Source: Flavobacteriales bacterium (lineage in GTDB: Bacteria; Bacteroidota; Bacteroidia; Flavobacteriales; UBA7430). From it: DNA of 64,000 nt. The stretch covers positions 4,926 through 68,925 of the forward strand of contig JAOGVT010000004.1 of NCBI GenBank assembly GCA_028110365.1, read 5' to 3'. The notes beneath the pieces were generated by a model. The model did no database searches and was not told the DNA's origin. It worked only from the letters and a program-made list of their open reading frames with translations. The translations under genes were made by a program, and so were the position numbers. Of this stretch, positions 1 to 8,791 are shown in pieces. Every line of letters begins with the position of its first letter. Position 1 is the first letter of the stretch.

Positions 1-1692
1 TAATTGATCTTTGTCAAAATAATTTAAAATTGTTTGTTCAGGATTTATCTTACCAATTGAAGTCCAATACTGTAATTTTCTGATTAGATATTCGCTATGT
101 GTCTCAATAATAAATTGTATAGAAAATTTGTTATTGGCATCGATAATTAAGTCTGCAAGTTTTGATTGAAGATCGGGATGTAGATTTGATTCTGGTTCAA
201 TTAATATTAGAATTGAACTAGAGTAATGAGGAGATTTGATACTCCGCCCAAAATTATCTTCAGCTTTAGATGTGATACTAATAAGTGTTTTTAGTAAAGA
301 TTGAAGCCCTCGACCGAATGAATCAATTCTTTTATTTTCATTAAATAATATACTAATTTTTTTATCTTCTTCTATTAATTTGAAGCTACTCCCATAACCA
401 AACTCATTTAACCAAAAATTTAAAAAGGAATACTCTATTGATTCTTTATGAAGATTTTTATTGTAAAGAGATTTTAATAAAAAATCTAAATTATTATCTC
501 TAGTAATATCTACTATAGTAGGCTTCTGAGAATTATTATTGTATATGATAAGTGGTTTTATAAACTCCACAACAATTGATTCAAAAATCAATTTGCCAAA
601 AAGTGATTTTGGAGAATGATCAATAAAATGAATTTTAGTGAGACCTTCTTCATCTAATTTATTATTTAAGTGATCCCAAAATTCATGAATAACAGAATGA
701 GAAGCTAATGATTCAAAATTAATGTCATTTACTCTGTAATGCATTGTCCCAGATAGATTAAAGCTTCCTTCAAGTTCTTGATGTCTTTTTTGGGCTATTT
801 TGTCAAAATACTCATTGTTGCTCTCATATATATTTTTATAGTCATAGATAGAAAATCCATATTCTTTATCATCTTTCATGTGCTCATTGATAAATACGCC
901 ATAGTCATAATAATCTATTGTCTGGGATGTACTGTTAAAAAATTCTACATTTTCGTATTTGTCATCATAAAATTCTGTTTTGTAATCATTATAAGTTGGT
1001 AAGCTTGCCATAAGTTCATGGAACCTCTCTTGATTTTCAATTTTTTCTTCGCTGTCCTTTTCTACATAAACTACCTTTCCGCCTATTGTCACTTCTTTCC
1101 ATTTTGTTGGGTCTAGATCATCTTTTTTCTTGTCAAATGAGGATTTTAATTGTTGTCTAACATGATTAAAAATGAAGGGTAAATTACAAAAGAATTTTGC
1201 GGTAGGTAATTCCCCACCTTCTTGTTCTTCTTCTCTAGGGGACTTTATAATTTGATTATCTTTTATCTCAAATATTAGTTCTTCATTCTCTTTATTTTTA
1301 GAGTCAATCGTAATATGTAAATACTTAATAGATTTCAGAAAACCATCTAGAGGATTAATAATTGATTTTTCAAAGGTAAATCGGATATGAAACAAATTTT
1401 CTTTACCAAAATATTTTAACGTACTTGGAAAAGTTAATACTATTTCTTTAGTTTTTGACTCATAATTTAGCGCCTTATCAAAAGAGAGGAATTTTTGTAA
1501 GCTAGAGAATTTTAACTTAGTAATTCCATTATTGCTCATTGATAATGAAAGAATTTCTATTAATTCAATTAAAGAAGACTTGCCGGCATTATTTTTACCA
1601 GTTAAGAGGTTGATGTCAGCAATTTTTATTGCAGTACTCTCTCTAAATCCTTTAAAATTTTTAATATATAAGTTTTCAAATATATATCCCAT
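1..1692 (-). CDS. ABC/SMC-like AAA ATPase (AAA_15/21-type with DUF3696-like tail); C-terminus cut by the window edge
   Basis: Absent from the ORF track because it runs off the window. I checked every codon of this minus frame from 1692 to 1 and found no stop. Hand translation gives MGYIFENLYIKNFKGF..LLTGKNNAGKSSLIE (Walker A), SFGRGLQSLL (signature-like), ILILIEPESNLHP (Walker B) and IIETHSEYL (H-loop). Confidence 0.75.
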   Translation of the reverse strand, partial: MGYIFENLYIKNFKGFRESTAIKIADINLLTGKNNAGKSSLIELIEILSLSMSNNGITKLKFSSLQKFLSFDKALNYESKTKEIVLTFPSTLKYFGKENLFHIRFTFEKSIINPLDGFLKSIKYLHITIDSKNKENEELIFEIKDNQIIKSPREEEQEGGELPTAKFFCNLPFIFNHVRQQLKSSFDKKKDDLDPTKWKEVTIGGKVVYVEKDSEEKIENQERFHELMASLPTYNDYKTEFYDDKYENVEFFNSTSQTIDYYDYGVFINEHMKDDKEYGFSIYDYKNIYESNNEYFDKIAQKRHQELEGSFNLSGTMHYRVNDINFESLASHSVIHEFWDHLNNKLDEEGLTKIHFIDHSPKSLFGKLIFESIVVEFIKPLIIYNNNSQKPTIVDITRDNNLDFLLKSLYNKNLHKESIEYSFLNFWLNEFGYGSSFKLIEEDKKISILFNENKRIDSFGRGLQSLLKTLISITSKAEDNFGRSIKSPHYSSSILILIEPESNLHPDLQSKLADLIIDANNKFSIQFIIETHSEYLIRKLQYWTSIGKINPEQTILNYFDKDQL

Positions 1693-1704
1693 AAAAATTC
1701 GACT

Positions 1705-1974
1705 TTACCCTTTTAATAGTTTTTGAATTCCTGAGTCACAACAAATAAATTTTGGGTGATTTTTAATTGCCGATTTCATTAACGAATCTAACATTATTTT
1801 TGCAGTTTCTCCAGTTGTTATTTTTAAATTTGAATAATCACTTCCGGCGTAAATAGCTTTATTTAAAGCTCCTGCTTTTGGAAGGGCAATAATTTTCTGC
1901 TCATTGTTTTTAAAGAATGCAAAATATAATCTATTGCCATCCTCCTTTACTTCTAATAGTTTTTTGTATCTCAT
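1705..1974 (-). CDS. hypothetical 89-aa protein
   Basis: ORF sits 12 nt upstream of the ATPase start and 3 nt after the preceding ORF. No motif recognised. Confidence 0.4.
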   Translation of the reverse strand: MRYKKLLEVKEDGNRLYFAFFKNNEQKIIALPKAGALNKAIYAGSDYSNLKITTGETAKIMLDSLMKSAIKNHPKFICCDSGIQKLLKG

Positions 1975-1977
1975 AAT

Positions 1978-2511
1978 TTATCTATATCCAGATTTCCAAC
2001 ATGCGTAACAATTCTTTTTTGATCTATTTCCTCTGAGTTTTTTATTACATCGATTGCAGTAACCGTAAGAGCTTGAATATCCAATTGATTTGGTGTTATT
2101 TGAATATCCAACGTAATGTTTTTGTTTTATTCTTCTATTTGCCTCAGCCATTGATATTCGTTCTATCTCCATTTTGTCTATCCCAACCCAAACTCTTCGG
2201 TCTTTACATCCATGTTTCGGGAATCCAAATGTGTATTGTACTCCATTGACGTAGTGATTTTCAAAAGTTCTGTATTGACCATCAATTAAGCTTAATCTAA
2301 TGCTCGGTTTACTAGATATCGATCTTGGTGAAACTGAAATTGATGATGGACTGTATTGACTCTTTCTATTTATTGAAGTAGTTGTTGAATTATATGTCGG
2401 TGTTACCTTATATGATGATGAAGTGCTGCTATAATTTGACGTACTATGAGTTGTAGAATTTAAGGATCCTATTATTGCAAAAATTATTATGAAAAAAATG
2501 ATGCCACCCAT
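1978..2511 (-). CDS. membrane-anchored Ser/Thr-rich protein with C-terminal CxxC...CxxC (zinc-ribbon-like)
   Basis: N-terminal TM helix GGIIFFIIIFAIIGSL, a long S/T-rich linker, and C-terminal YCNRCNKKLRGNRSKKNCYACW. Confidence 0.45.
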   Translation of the reverse strand: MGGIIFFIIIFAIIGSLNSTTHSTSNYSSTSSSYKVTPTYNSTTTSINRKSQYSPSSISVSPRSISSKPSIRLSLIDGQYRTFENHYVNGVQYTFGFPKHGCKDRRVWVGIDKMEIERISMAEANRRIKQKHYVGYSNNTKSIGYSSSYGYCNRCNKKLRGNRSKKNCYACWKSGYR

Positions 2512-2547
2512 TATATCTGTAAAGTTTTTTACAAATATTAGATGTTG

Positions 2548-2568
2548 TTACGCACTCATAATGCGTAA
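2548..2568. repeat. inverted repeat TTACGCA-N7-TGCGTAA (member of the YAYGCA-N7-TGCRTR family)
   Basis: Perfect 7-bp arms with a 7-nt spacer, lying between the CARF-HEPN stop (2577) and the next ORF start (2511). Confidence 0.6.
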
Positions 2569-2576
2569 TAGAGAAT

Positions 2577-3944
2577 TTAGTAGGAAAATTTATCAGAGTA
2601 AATAAATTCTTTTGTTTCTTCAATGCTTGAGTTTAGATTATTTAAAAGTTGGTCTACACTATATGGGTGTTCTATTGCGTGTGCAACAATAATTCTAATT
2701 TTATTTATCTTTTTAAATAAATTTACATAACCACTAAAAGTTGCTCTCTTTTTTAAAATTATTGGTATTTCATCGATAAGATCTTTTCTGCCCTTGAACT
2801 CAAGATATTTTTTTAACTCGTTTTGAACTTTATTTTGTTTTTCCTTATTGAATACTTTTTTCGCAAGTGATCTACTGAATTCATCTTTAGAATCTATGTT
2901 TAGACACTCACAAACTTTTGACACTATTGATTCACTCAGGCCAATTGCAGCATAACCATATGAGTGATTTTTTAAGTTCCAAACTGCAATTTCAAATTGA
3001 AAATGAGAATCATCTTTTGCATTTTTAAATAAATCAATAAATGATTTTATTGTTTTAGGAATAGTTAGTGATTGAAGAGGAGTGAGGTTATTTAACTGGA
3101 TTCCTTTAAGTTTAATAATTGATTGTTTTAGATTGTAAATATGGTTTAGTGACTTAGTGTTTGAAAAATCTTTAAGTAAGACACTAGCACTTTTACTTTC
3201 TTTTATTTCAGATAATATTTTTGAAAATAGATAAGCATTTCCATATTCAATGAATTCATGTGATGCTTTGATAGAATTATTTAAATCTTTGAGAACACCT
3301 AAGCTAACTATTGGGCTTATTCCATCGAGTTCATTACTAACTTCATGCATACCATATGTAATATCTTCAACACTAATGTTCTTTTTAATATGATCAACAA
3401 TAAAGTTAAGTACGTTTGTTAAGATTAGAGGTAGTGATCGAAATCCATGGGTAATATCTAGATAAAGTTGATCTCCACTTTGGATGTGATTTTCTATCTC
3501 AAAAAGTTGTTGAATATTGAATTGGTGCTCTTGGTTATTTAAACCGTATTTGATGATTACTGGCGCAATTTTTGAATTTTTAAATACTTCCTTAATAAAA
3601 TCTCCTTTATTTATATCTGTATTATGATTTGCTTGTTCAACATCATTTGATAATTTTTCCCAAACCTCTGATGATGGATTTTCAGTGTAAGAGTCGTAGA
3701 CCACATCCCACATTGCTTTTAGTGTTCCAATGTAAATAATCTTATCCGCTGAGTGGTGTTCCATTAAAGCGGTAGCGATAAATTCAGTCTCATACTTTCT
3801 ATTGTCAATCGAGTATAGAGTTTTTCTGTATTCACCTCTTGACTTATTAGATCGGTCAGCATATCCTCCGGTACCAATGAAGCTGATTATAATTTTTGCC
3901 ATTATTTTATGTTTAGAGAATAAATCTAATAAAAAATATGGCAA
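2577..3944 (-). CDS. Csx1/Csm6-like CARF-HEPN protein (TM1812/DxTHG family); likely true start is the ATG at 3902
   Basis: N-terminus MAKIIISFIGTGGY is typical of the TM1812-type CARF Rossmann start. It has the DxTHG motif LYLDITHGFRSLP and a C-terminal R-x4-H HEPN motif, NKIRIIVAHAIEH. Confidence 0.7.
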   Translation of the reverse strand: MPYFLLDLFSKHKIMAKIIISFIGTGGYADRSNKSRGEYRKTLYSIDNRKYETEFIATALMEHHSADKIIYIGTLKAMWDVVYDSYTENPSSEVWEKLSNDVEQANHNTDINKGDFIKEVFKNSKIAPVIIKYGLNNQEHQFNIQQLFEIENHIQSGDQLYLDITHGFRSLPLILTNVLNFIVDHIKKNISVEDITYGMHEVSNELDGISPIVSLGVLKDLNNSIKASHEFIEYGNAYLFSKILSEIKESKSASVLLKDFSNTKSLNHIYNLKQSIIKLKGIQLNNLTPLQSLTIPKTIKSFIDLFKNAKDDSHFQFEIAVWNLKNHSYGYAAIGLSESIVSKVCECLNIDSKDEFSRSLAKKVFNKEKQNKVQNELKKYLEFKGRKDLIDEIPIILKKRATFSGYVNLFKKINKIRIIVAHAIEHPYSVDQLLNNLNSSIEETKEFIYSDKFSY

Positions 3945-4095
3945 TCAATATTAATCACATGACTTGTTTGGATCTTTTAAACTTTTGCGATTATATTTTT
4001 TTTTATTCACATGGATATTTGTGCTATTTCTTACTGCATTAAATATTTCTTGCTGTTTGATTTTGATTTTTCTAAGTGACTTTTGATTCATGATA

Positions 4096-4803
4096 CTATA
4101 TGTCTAAGGTAATCTGAGTATTAGTATATCCAATATTATCGTATTTGTCAACACCTTGTTGAATGCTTTTAAAAACATTAACATCTTTGACGGCTTTATC
4201 AATAAGATTTGCTTTGCAAAGACTAATAAATAAAGCACATGCTTTTGCTTGACAATTAACTGATTTTGTCGGGTTGTATTCAATGTCTGAAAAAGCTGAG
4301 AATTTTAATAATTCTTCTCTTAATAATTTGTTTTCATTTAGAGCTTTTATGTAAATCCAATTATAAAAAAGTCCAGTTGGATTAATATCAAACTCTTGAC
4401 TATCAAATTCAAAACCTATGATTCGTCCTGATTCTTTTAATCTTATATCTTTTTTTATTTTGTAAGGATTCATAGAATACATATTGATAAACTGTCCACT
4501 TCTTTCAAATATCTTCCCTCCTTGATATGCACATTCTATCGGCATCATTCCATATTTTGAATGATTGATTTTCAAGTTAAATGCACTAAGTGAAACACCT
4601 AAAGGATTTTCAGATTTAGTAGAAATTTCAAGTACATTTTTTTCAGGGAATTCGGAGATAAAATTTTTGTGCAATGAATCAATTGATTTTCTTTTTTGAG
4701 ATACTGCAAACCCAGGATGCCAATTAAATTCAACCATTTTAGAATTGAAAAATTGGTGATCTCTATTAATGTCACTACTTATAAATATTGGTCTTTTAGC
4801 CAT
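4096..4803 (-). CDS. 235-aa partner of the DarT-like gene; possible NADAR-like ADP-ribose-processing domain (tentative)
   Basis: Lies 5 nt downstream of the ART-like ORF. The segment LSAFNL..(12)..PIECAYQGGKIF resembles the NADAR/YbiA motif FSNF...SEHYFQAQKF. The rest is unrecognised. Confidence 0.35.
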   Translation of the reverse strand: MAKRPIFISSDINRDHQFFNSKMVEFNWHPGFAVSQKRKSIDSLHKNFISEFPEKNVLEISTKSENPLGVSLSAFNLKINHSKYGMMPIECAYQGGKIFERSGQFINMYSMNPYKIKKDIRLKESGRIIGFEFDSQEFDINPTGLFYNWIYIKALNENKLLREELLKFSAFSDIEYNPTKSVNCQAKACALFISLCKANLIDKAVKDVNVFKSIQQGVDKYDNIGYTNTQITLDI

Positions 4804-4808
4804 AATTT

Positions 4809-5225
4809 TTAATTAAAAATTTTAATGTAATTAGGTGATATCTTTTGTGGTATTAGTATTTCGGCTTGATCGTCTCCATTATTAAATGCATTCCTCCAGT
4901 CATAATTAATAGTTGCTCTATTCGCTGCTGCATTTGTATCAGAATATAACACTCCATTATTATTAAGTATTGAATCATCTATTTGTAGCCAAACCAATTC
5001 CTGAATTGTTCCATCGTTTAAAACTCGATTAAGCATTTTATGTGAAGGTTTTAGAGCTAATCTCACATATGGTCCCAATCCTTTGTTGCTATCAAGATTT
5101 CTTGACAACTCATTTGAGCTTAGAATAGCATCAATATCATATTTAAATATGAGAGGCCAGGACAATAATCCATGTCTCATAATAGAATTTACATTTCTTG
5201 AATCGGTAAAATGATATAATGCCAT
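4809..5225 (-). CDS. miniature DarT-like (DUF4433-like) ADP-ribosyltransferase-fold protein
   Basis: It starts ALYHFTDSRNVNSIMRHGLLS, compared with DarT h-YH-h-T..NL.sI...GL. It has a central VLYSDTNAAA and a C-terminal QAEILIPQKISPNYI, matching the DarT catalytic-Glu block AE-h-L-h. At 138 aa it is shorter than canonical DarT. Confidence 0.45.
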   Translation of the reverse strand: MALYHFTDSRNVNSIMRHGLLSWPLIFKYDIDAILSSNELSRNLDSNKGLGPYVRLALKPSHKMLNRVLNDGTIQELVWLQIDDSILNNNGVLYSDTNAAANRATINYDWRNAFNNGDDQAEILIPQKISPNYIKIFN

Positions 5226-5265
5226 CTTTTGCTTTTTGAATTATTATACAAAGCAAAATGGCTGT

Positions 5266-5284
5266 CACGCATTGAATTTGCGTG
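5266..5284. repeat. inverted repeat CACGCA-N7-TGCGTG (YAYGCA-N7-TGCRTR family)
   Basis: 6-bp arms with spacer ttgaatt, between the WYL gene stop (5293) and the DarT-like start (5225). Confidence 0.6.
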
Positions 5285-5292
5285 TTAGGAAT

Positions 5293-6327
5293 TTATTCTT
5301 TTTTGGTACTATTAATTATTGATTCGTATGAGTCTTTTGATAATTTAATTCTTTCAAAGAGTCGGTCCCTAAGATGAGTGGGCTCAATTACTTGAACTCT
5401 TTCTCCATATTGGAGAAGATGATTTTCAAGTTCGAAATTTATTTTAAGTTTTAATTTAACAATGGTTTCTCCTTGATTGTCAATGTAATATTTTTGAGAA
5501 GGATGAATAGGTTTTGTTTTTATATAGTTTAGCTGACTTTCATGAACTTTAAGTTTTATGATTTCTGATTCTGTATCTACTAAACTAACTCCTACGATTT
5601 CATAGAAATATTCTTCAAAGTCAATATTTGACTCAATAAATTTAATATCAATTTCATCAAATTCAGTAATTCTATCAAGAGGAAAAATACTAATCTCTCT
5701 TATATGTTGTTCACATTTTCCAATTAAAAACCAACGGTTATTATATTGTTTTAAAAAATAAGGATGACAAGTTAGTTGTTCAATTTTTTTAAAGCTGATG
5801 TTATACTTAATTGTAATAGGTCTCTTATTTACTATCTTATAATATAAGTCAGTGATTAAGTTAATATTATGTAAATCTATATTTTGTTCAAACCCAATAA
5901 TGTTATTTGCATTGTCATTTAAATTAAAAGTAGAATCAATTTTAACTATCATATCTTGTACCCACTCAAACTGCGGCAAGCCTTTAATTCTATTGAGTGT
6001 ATGGAGACATTCTTTTAACTGGTCTTTTTCAAGTTCAGTGATAGGCTTTATATATATCGACATGCCTTTTTTCGCATATCTAAAGGTTTTTTTATTTCTC
6101 TTAGTATAATTATCTAGTTTTTTGTCTTCAATTAGCTCGATTTCATAGTAACTCTTCATGTATTTTATGTCATCTTGTAATTGACGCAGTTTTACTTGGT
6201 GGCCATATTCACCCAGCACATTATTTAACTTTTCAAGTAAATCATCGTATGAATATTTTACATTGAAATTAGAAAAACATTCATCAAGTATTTTGTATCT
6301 GAGCTGTGCATTTTTATTTGTAGCCAT
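5293..6327 (-). CDS. WYL-domain transcriptional regulator (HTH + WYL + C-terminal WCX-like)
   Basis: The block ITIKYN...CHPYFLKQYNNRWFLIG...IFPLDRI is typical of WYL domains. The N-terminus LRYKILDECF resembles a wHTH. The protein is 344 aa. Confidence 0.75.
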   Translation of the reverse strand: MATNKNAQLRYKILDECFSNFNVKYSYDDLLEKLNNVLGEYGHQVKLRQLQDDIKYMKSYYEIELIEDKKLDNYTKRNKKTFRYAKKGMSIYIKPITELEKDQLKECLHTLNRIKGLPQFEWVQDMIVKIDSTFNLNDNANNIIGFEQNIDLHNINLITDLYYKIVNKRPITIKYNISFKKIEQLTCHPYFLKQYNNRWFLIGKCEQHIREISIFPLDRITEFDEIDIKFIESNIDFEEYFYEIVGVSLVDTESEIIKLKVHESQLNYIKTKPIHPSQKYYIDNQGETIVKLKLKINFELENHLLQYGERVQVIEPTHLRDRLFERIKLSKDSYESIINSTKKE

Positions 6328-6392
6328 TTGATATATGTTAAATTATAAGGCAATACTACTATAAATTTATTTAAGAATTATAGAATAAAATA

Positions 6393-6417
6393 AAGTATGC
6401 AGATTTAGTGCATACTT
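6393..6417. promoter_or_regulatory. perfect palindrome AAGTATGCA-N7-TGCATACTT in the divergent promoter region of the WYL gene; candidate operator
   Basis: 9-bp perfect arms located 66-90 nt upstream of the WYL start and 43 nt upstream of the 6460 ORF. Confidence 0.45.
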
Positions 6418-6459
6418 GAATATAATATTTGCAGAGTTGTTAATCAAAATCTCAACTCG

Positions 6460-7032
6460 ATGAATAAAACTTATATATATATGTTGCCTTCAATTAGCCA
6501 AAATATAGTTGGCGCTGTAAAATCTTGTTATATATATGATAAAAACTATCCGCATTATAATAAGCACATATTTGTTGTATATGAAAACAATCACTTTATA
6601 GATGACTCTGATGATTTGGTTTTTAATTACACGTCAGGTTTTAATGAAATTGTTCATGTGTATAGAATTCCTGAAAAATATTATAATGAATTTGAAAAAT
6701 TCAAATTGGGTAAATATTCTGAGTTTAATTACAATTATAAGATCCAAATATTTGCATTCCATCAAATTACTGATTCTAAATGTAGGTTAGCTAAAGTACT
6801 TTTTAAGCATCCTGATATGCGACTAGAATTAGAACAGGTATTAGATTGTAAAATTCCTAGCCACCAAGAATTATCTTCTATACCAGATGATAGAATGGAA
6901 TCATACCCCAAAAGTATTAATGATCTAGAATATTCAACTAATATTATTGAAATAAAAAAAAGCTATTTAGTCAAAATATCCATATACCCAAAACACCACT
7001 TCGAAAGTCAAATATTGATTCGGAAATTATAA
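6460..7032 (+). CDS. hypothetical 190-aa protein
   Basis: ORF divergent from the WYL gene. No motif recognised. Confidence 0.45.
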   Translation: MNKTYIYMLPSISQNIVGAVKSCYIYDKNYPHYNKHIFVVYENNHFIDDSDDLVFNYTSGFNEIVHVYRIPEKYYNEFEKFKLGKYSEFNYNYKIQIFAFHQITDSKCRLAKVLFKHPDMRLELEQVLDCKIPSHQELSSIPDDRMESYPKSINDLEYSTNIIEIKKSYLVKISIYPKHHFESQILIRKL

Positions 7033-7122
7033 TTACCAAAAATGGCAAAATGATTGGTAAAAACAACAAAAAAGAGGTTGTAGGATTATCAATGCATCAG
7101 GCTAGAAATATTATCGTATATC

Positions 7123-7152
7123 TCACTAAATAAGTGTCACTAAGTGTCACAA
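7123..7152 (+). repeat. tandem direct repeat TAAGTGTCAC x2, preceded by the related CTCACTAA
   Basis: Sequence tctcactaaaTAAGTGTCACTAAGTGTCACaat, 20 nt upstream of the 7172 start. Confidence 0.5.
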
Positions 7153-7171
7153 TCATTTTATTTATTGATCA

Positions 7172-8242
7172 ATGAAAAGTCTCCACATTATTGTTTCATC
7201 TTTTTTACTAATAATAATTTCTTTAACAGTTATTTCACACATATCTAACAAATTTAATCCAGAACATAATTTTAAAACCACTTTAACTATGAAAAACAAC
7301 AATTTATTTTTAAAAGACCATACAGAATTATTAAATATTCAAAATCAAGGAAATATTACCGTAGCTCAAATTAGTTATGATACAGCTGTTTTAGATAGTA
7401 TTATTAGTCTTCATGAAGCATTTGATGAAAACTTAATTATTGTCAAAGAATTAGAAGAAAGTGAACGTGTAAATACGATTGAACTTGAAAATTTAAGTGA
7501 GAGTTACATATTCATACTTGATGGAGACATATTAAAGGGTGCTAAGCAAAATAGAGTAGTTAATACATCTGTTTTGGTTGCTCCAAAATCAAAAATAATT
7601 CTGCCTGTTAGCTGCGTTGAAGAGGGACGATGGGAATATAAAAGTTCAAGGTTTAAACCTTCAGATGAAATCGCCCATAGATCAATTAGATACTCTAAAG
7701 CAAACTATATTAGTGAATCCAAAAAGCTAAATAGAGTAGACTTTGTTGCAGACCAATCTACTGTTTGGAATAAAGTTGCATCTGTATCTGATTCATTAGA
7801 ATTTCACTCAAAGACCATGTCTCATTCAGATTTGTTTGAGAATTATAAAGAAGAACTAGAAGATATTTCAAAAAAATTTAAAATGCAGCCTAAAGCAAAT
7901 GGACTTTTAATTTTTGTCGGAAACCAGATGGTTGCATGTGATATTTTCAATAATAATAAAATTTACAGAGATTACTTTAATAAGATTATAAAAACTTCAG
8001 CAATTGATTCTAAAATTAAAAAAGATAATGATCATCTAATATCATTGGATAAAGCAATCATAATGCAGTCATTGAATGATATTTTCGATCAGTTTGAAAA
8101 GTCAAAAGAAAATGCAAGTTTCACTCCAGGTGTCTCGGAGGGAGTAGAAACAAGACTTAATCTAGATGACAATACCTTTTATGGACTTAGTCATAAAGGA
8201 GAGTCGGTTCATCAATCAATATTGTCATCTAGTTCTAAGTAA
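7172..8242 (+). CDS. membrane-anchored ARPP-1/DUF6569-like protein
   Basis: N-terminal TM helix, then ILDGDILKGAKQNRVVNTSVLVAPKSKIILPVSCVEEGRWEY, which matches the GAKQNR...CVE.GRW signature as I remember it. Confidence 0.5.
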   Translation: MKSLHIIVSSFLLIIISLTVISHISNKFNPEHNFKTTLTMKNNNLFLKDHTELLNIQNQGNITVAQISYDTAVLDSIISLHEAFDENLIIVKELEESERVNTIELENLSESYIFILDGDILKGAKQNRVVNTSVLVAPKSKIILPVSCVEEGRWEYKSSRFKPSDEIAHRSIRYSKANYISESKKLNRVDFVADQSTVWNKVASVSDSLEFHSKTMSHSDLFENYKEELEDISKKFKMQPKANGLLIFVGNQMVACDIFNNNKIYRDYFNKIIKTSAIDSKIKKDNDHLISLDKAIIMQSLNDIFDQFEKSKENASFTPGVSEGVETRLNLDDNTFYGLSHKGESVHQSILSSSSK

Positions 8243-8373
8243 TTATTTAAATGGTAAAATGTATGAAGCAATATCAAGATTATATAAATAATTTAATAAA
8301 CGAATATATACTTAAAAGTTATAAATATTTATGGCGGCAAAATAAATATCATGATCAAATTAATTGATGTTAA

Positions 8374-8748
8374 ATGGATAGGTACGTTTTAGAGTTTGAA
8401 AAGATAACAGATTTGATTAAATCTGTTGATTTTTACTGCGAGTTATATAGGTGTAATGAAGACCACTGGTTGAAAGTGAAGCTTAAGGGAAATGACCATA
8501 TTTTTTATCATATATATGAAAAGGGATTACTAGATTTTCTTTCAGGAAAAGTTAATATGGCGGGACTATTTAATAATTCTCCCGGAAGTGAGTTTTTTTT
8601 ATATGTTGAAAATAAAGGTGTTAAGGTTCGTGAAAAATTTTCTTTTGACTATAAAAATATTACTAGTTGGGATAAATTTTATACTGATTTCTATACAAAA
8701 GAGCTAGATGAATTTAATCAGTTTATTAAAGACATTAAGAACAGTTAA
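8374..8748 (+). CDS. hypothetical 124-aa protein
   Basis: ORF only; same strand as its neighbours. Confidence 0.4.
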   Translation: MDRYVLEFEKITDLIKSVDFYCELYRCNEDHWLKVKLKGNDHIFYHIYEKGLLDFLSGKVNMAGLFNNSPGSEFFLYVENKGVKVREKFSFDYKNITSWDKFYTDFYTKELDEFNQFIKDIKNS

Positions 8749-8791
8749 TTATAAATTACCCTATATTTGATAATATTTATAAAAATATTGT

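Noticed and set aside
1693-1707. The 89-aa ORF and the ATPase are in the same frame, separated by a single TAA and four codons (possible readthrough or split gene)
   Set aside because: The ATPase N-terminus (MGYIFENLYIKNFKGF...GKNNAGKS) is a complete, typical start for this family. Sharing a frame has a one-in-three chance, and no slippery or readthrough context was seen.
3951-4091. 46-codon basic minus-strand ORF (MNQKSLRKIKIKQQEIFNAV...) in the gap between the 235-aa gene and the CARF-HEPN gene
   Set aside because: It is too short and compositionally biased to support without homologues. It is noted only as a possible small regulator or antitoxin-like peptide.
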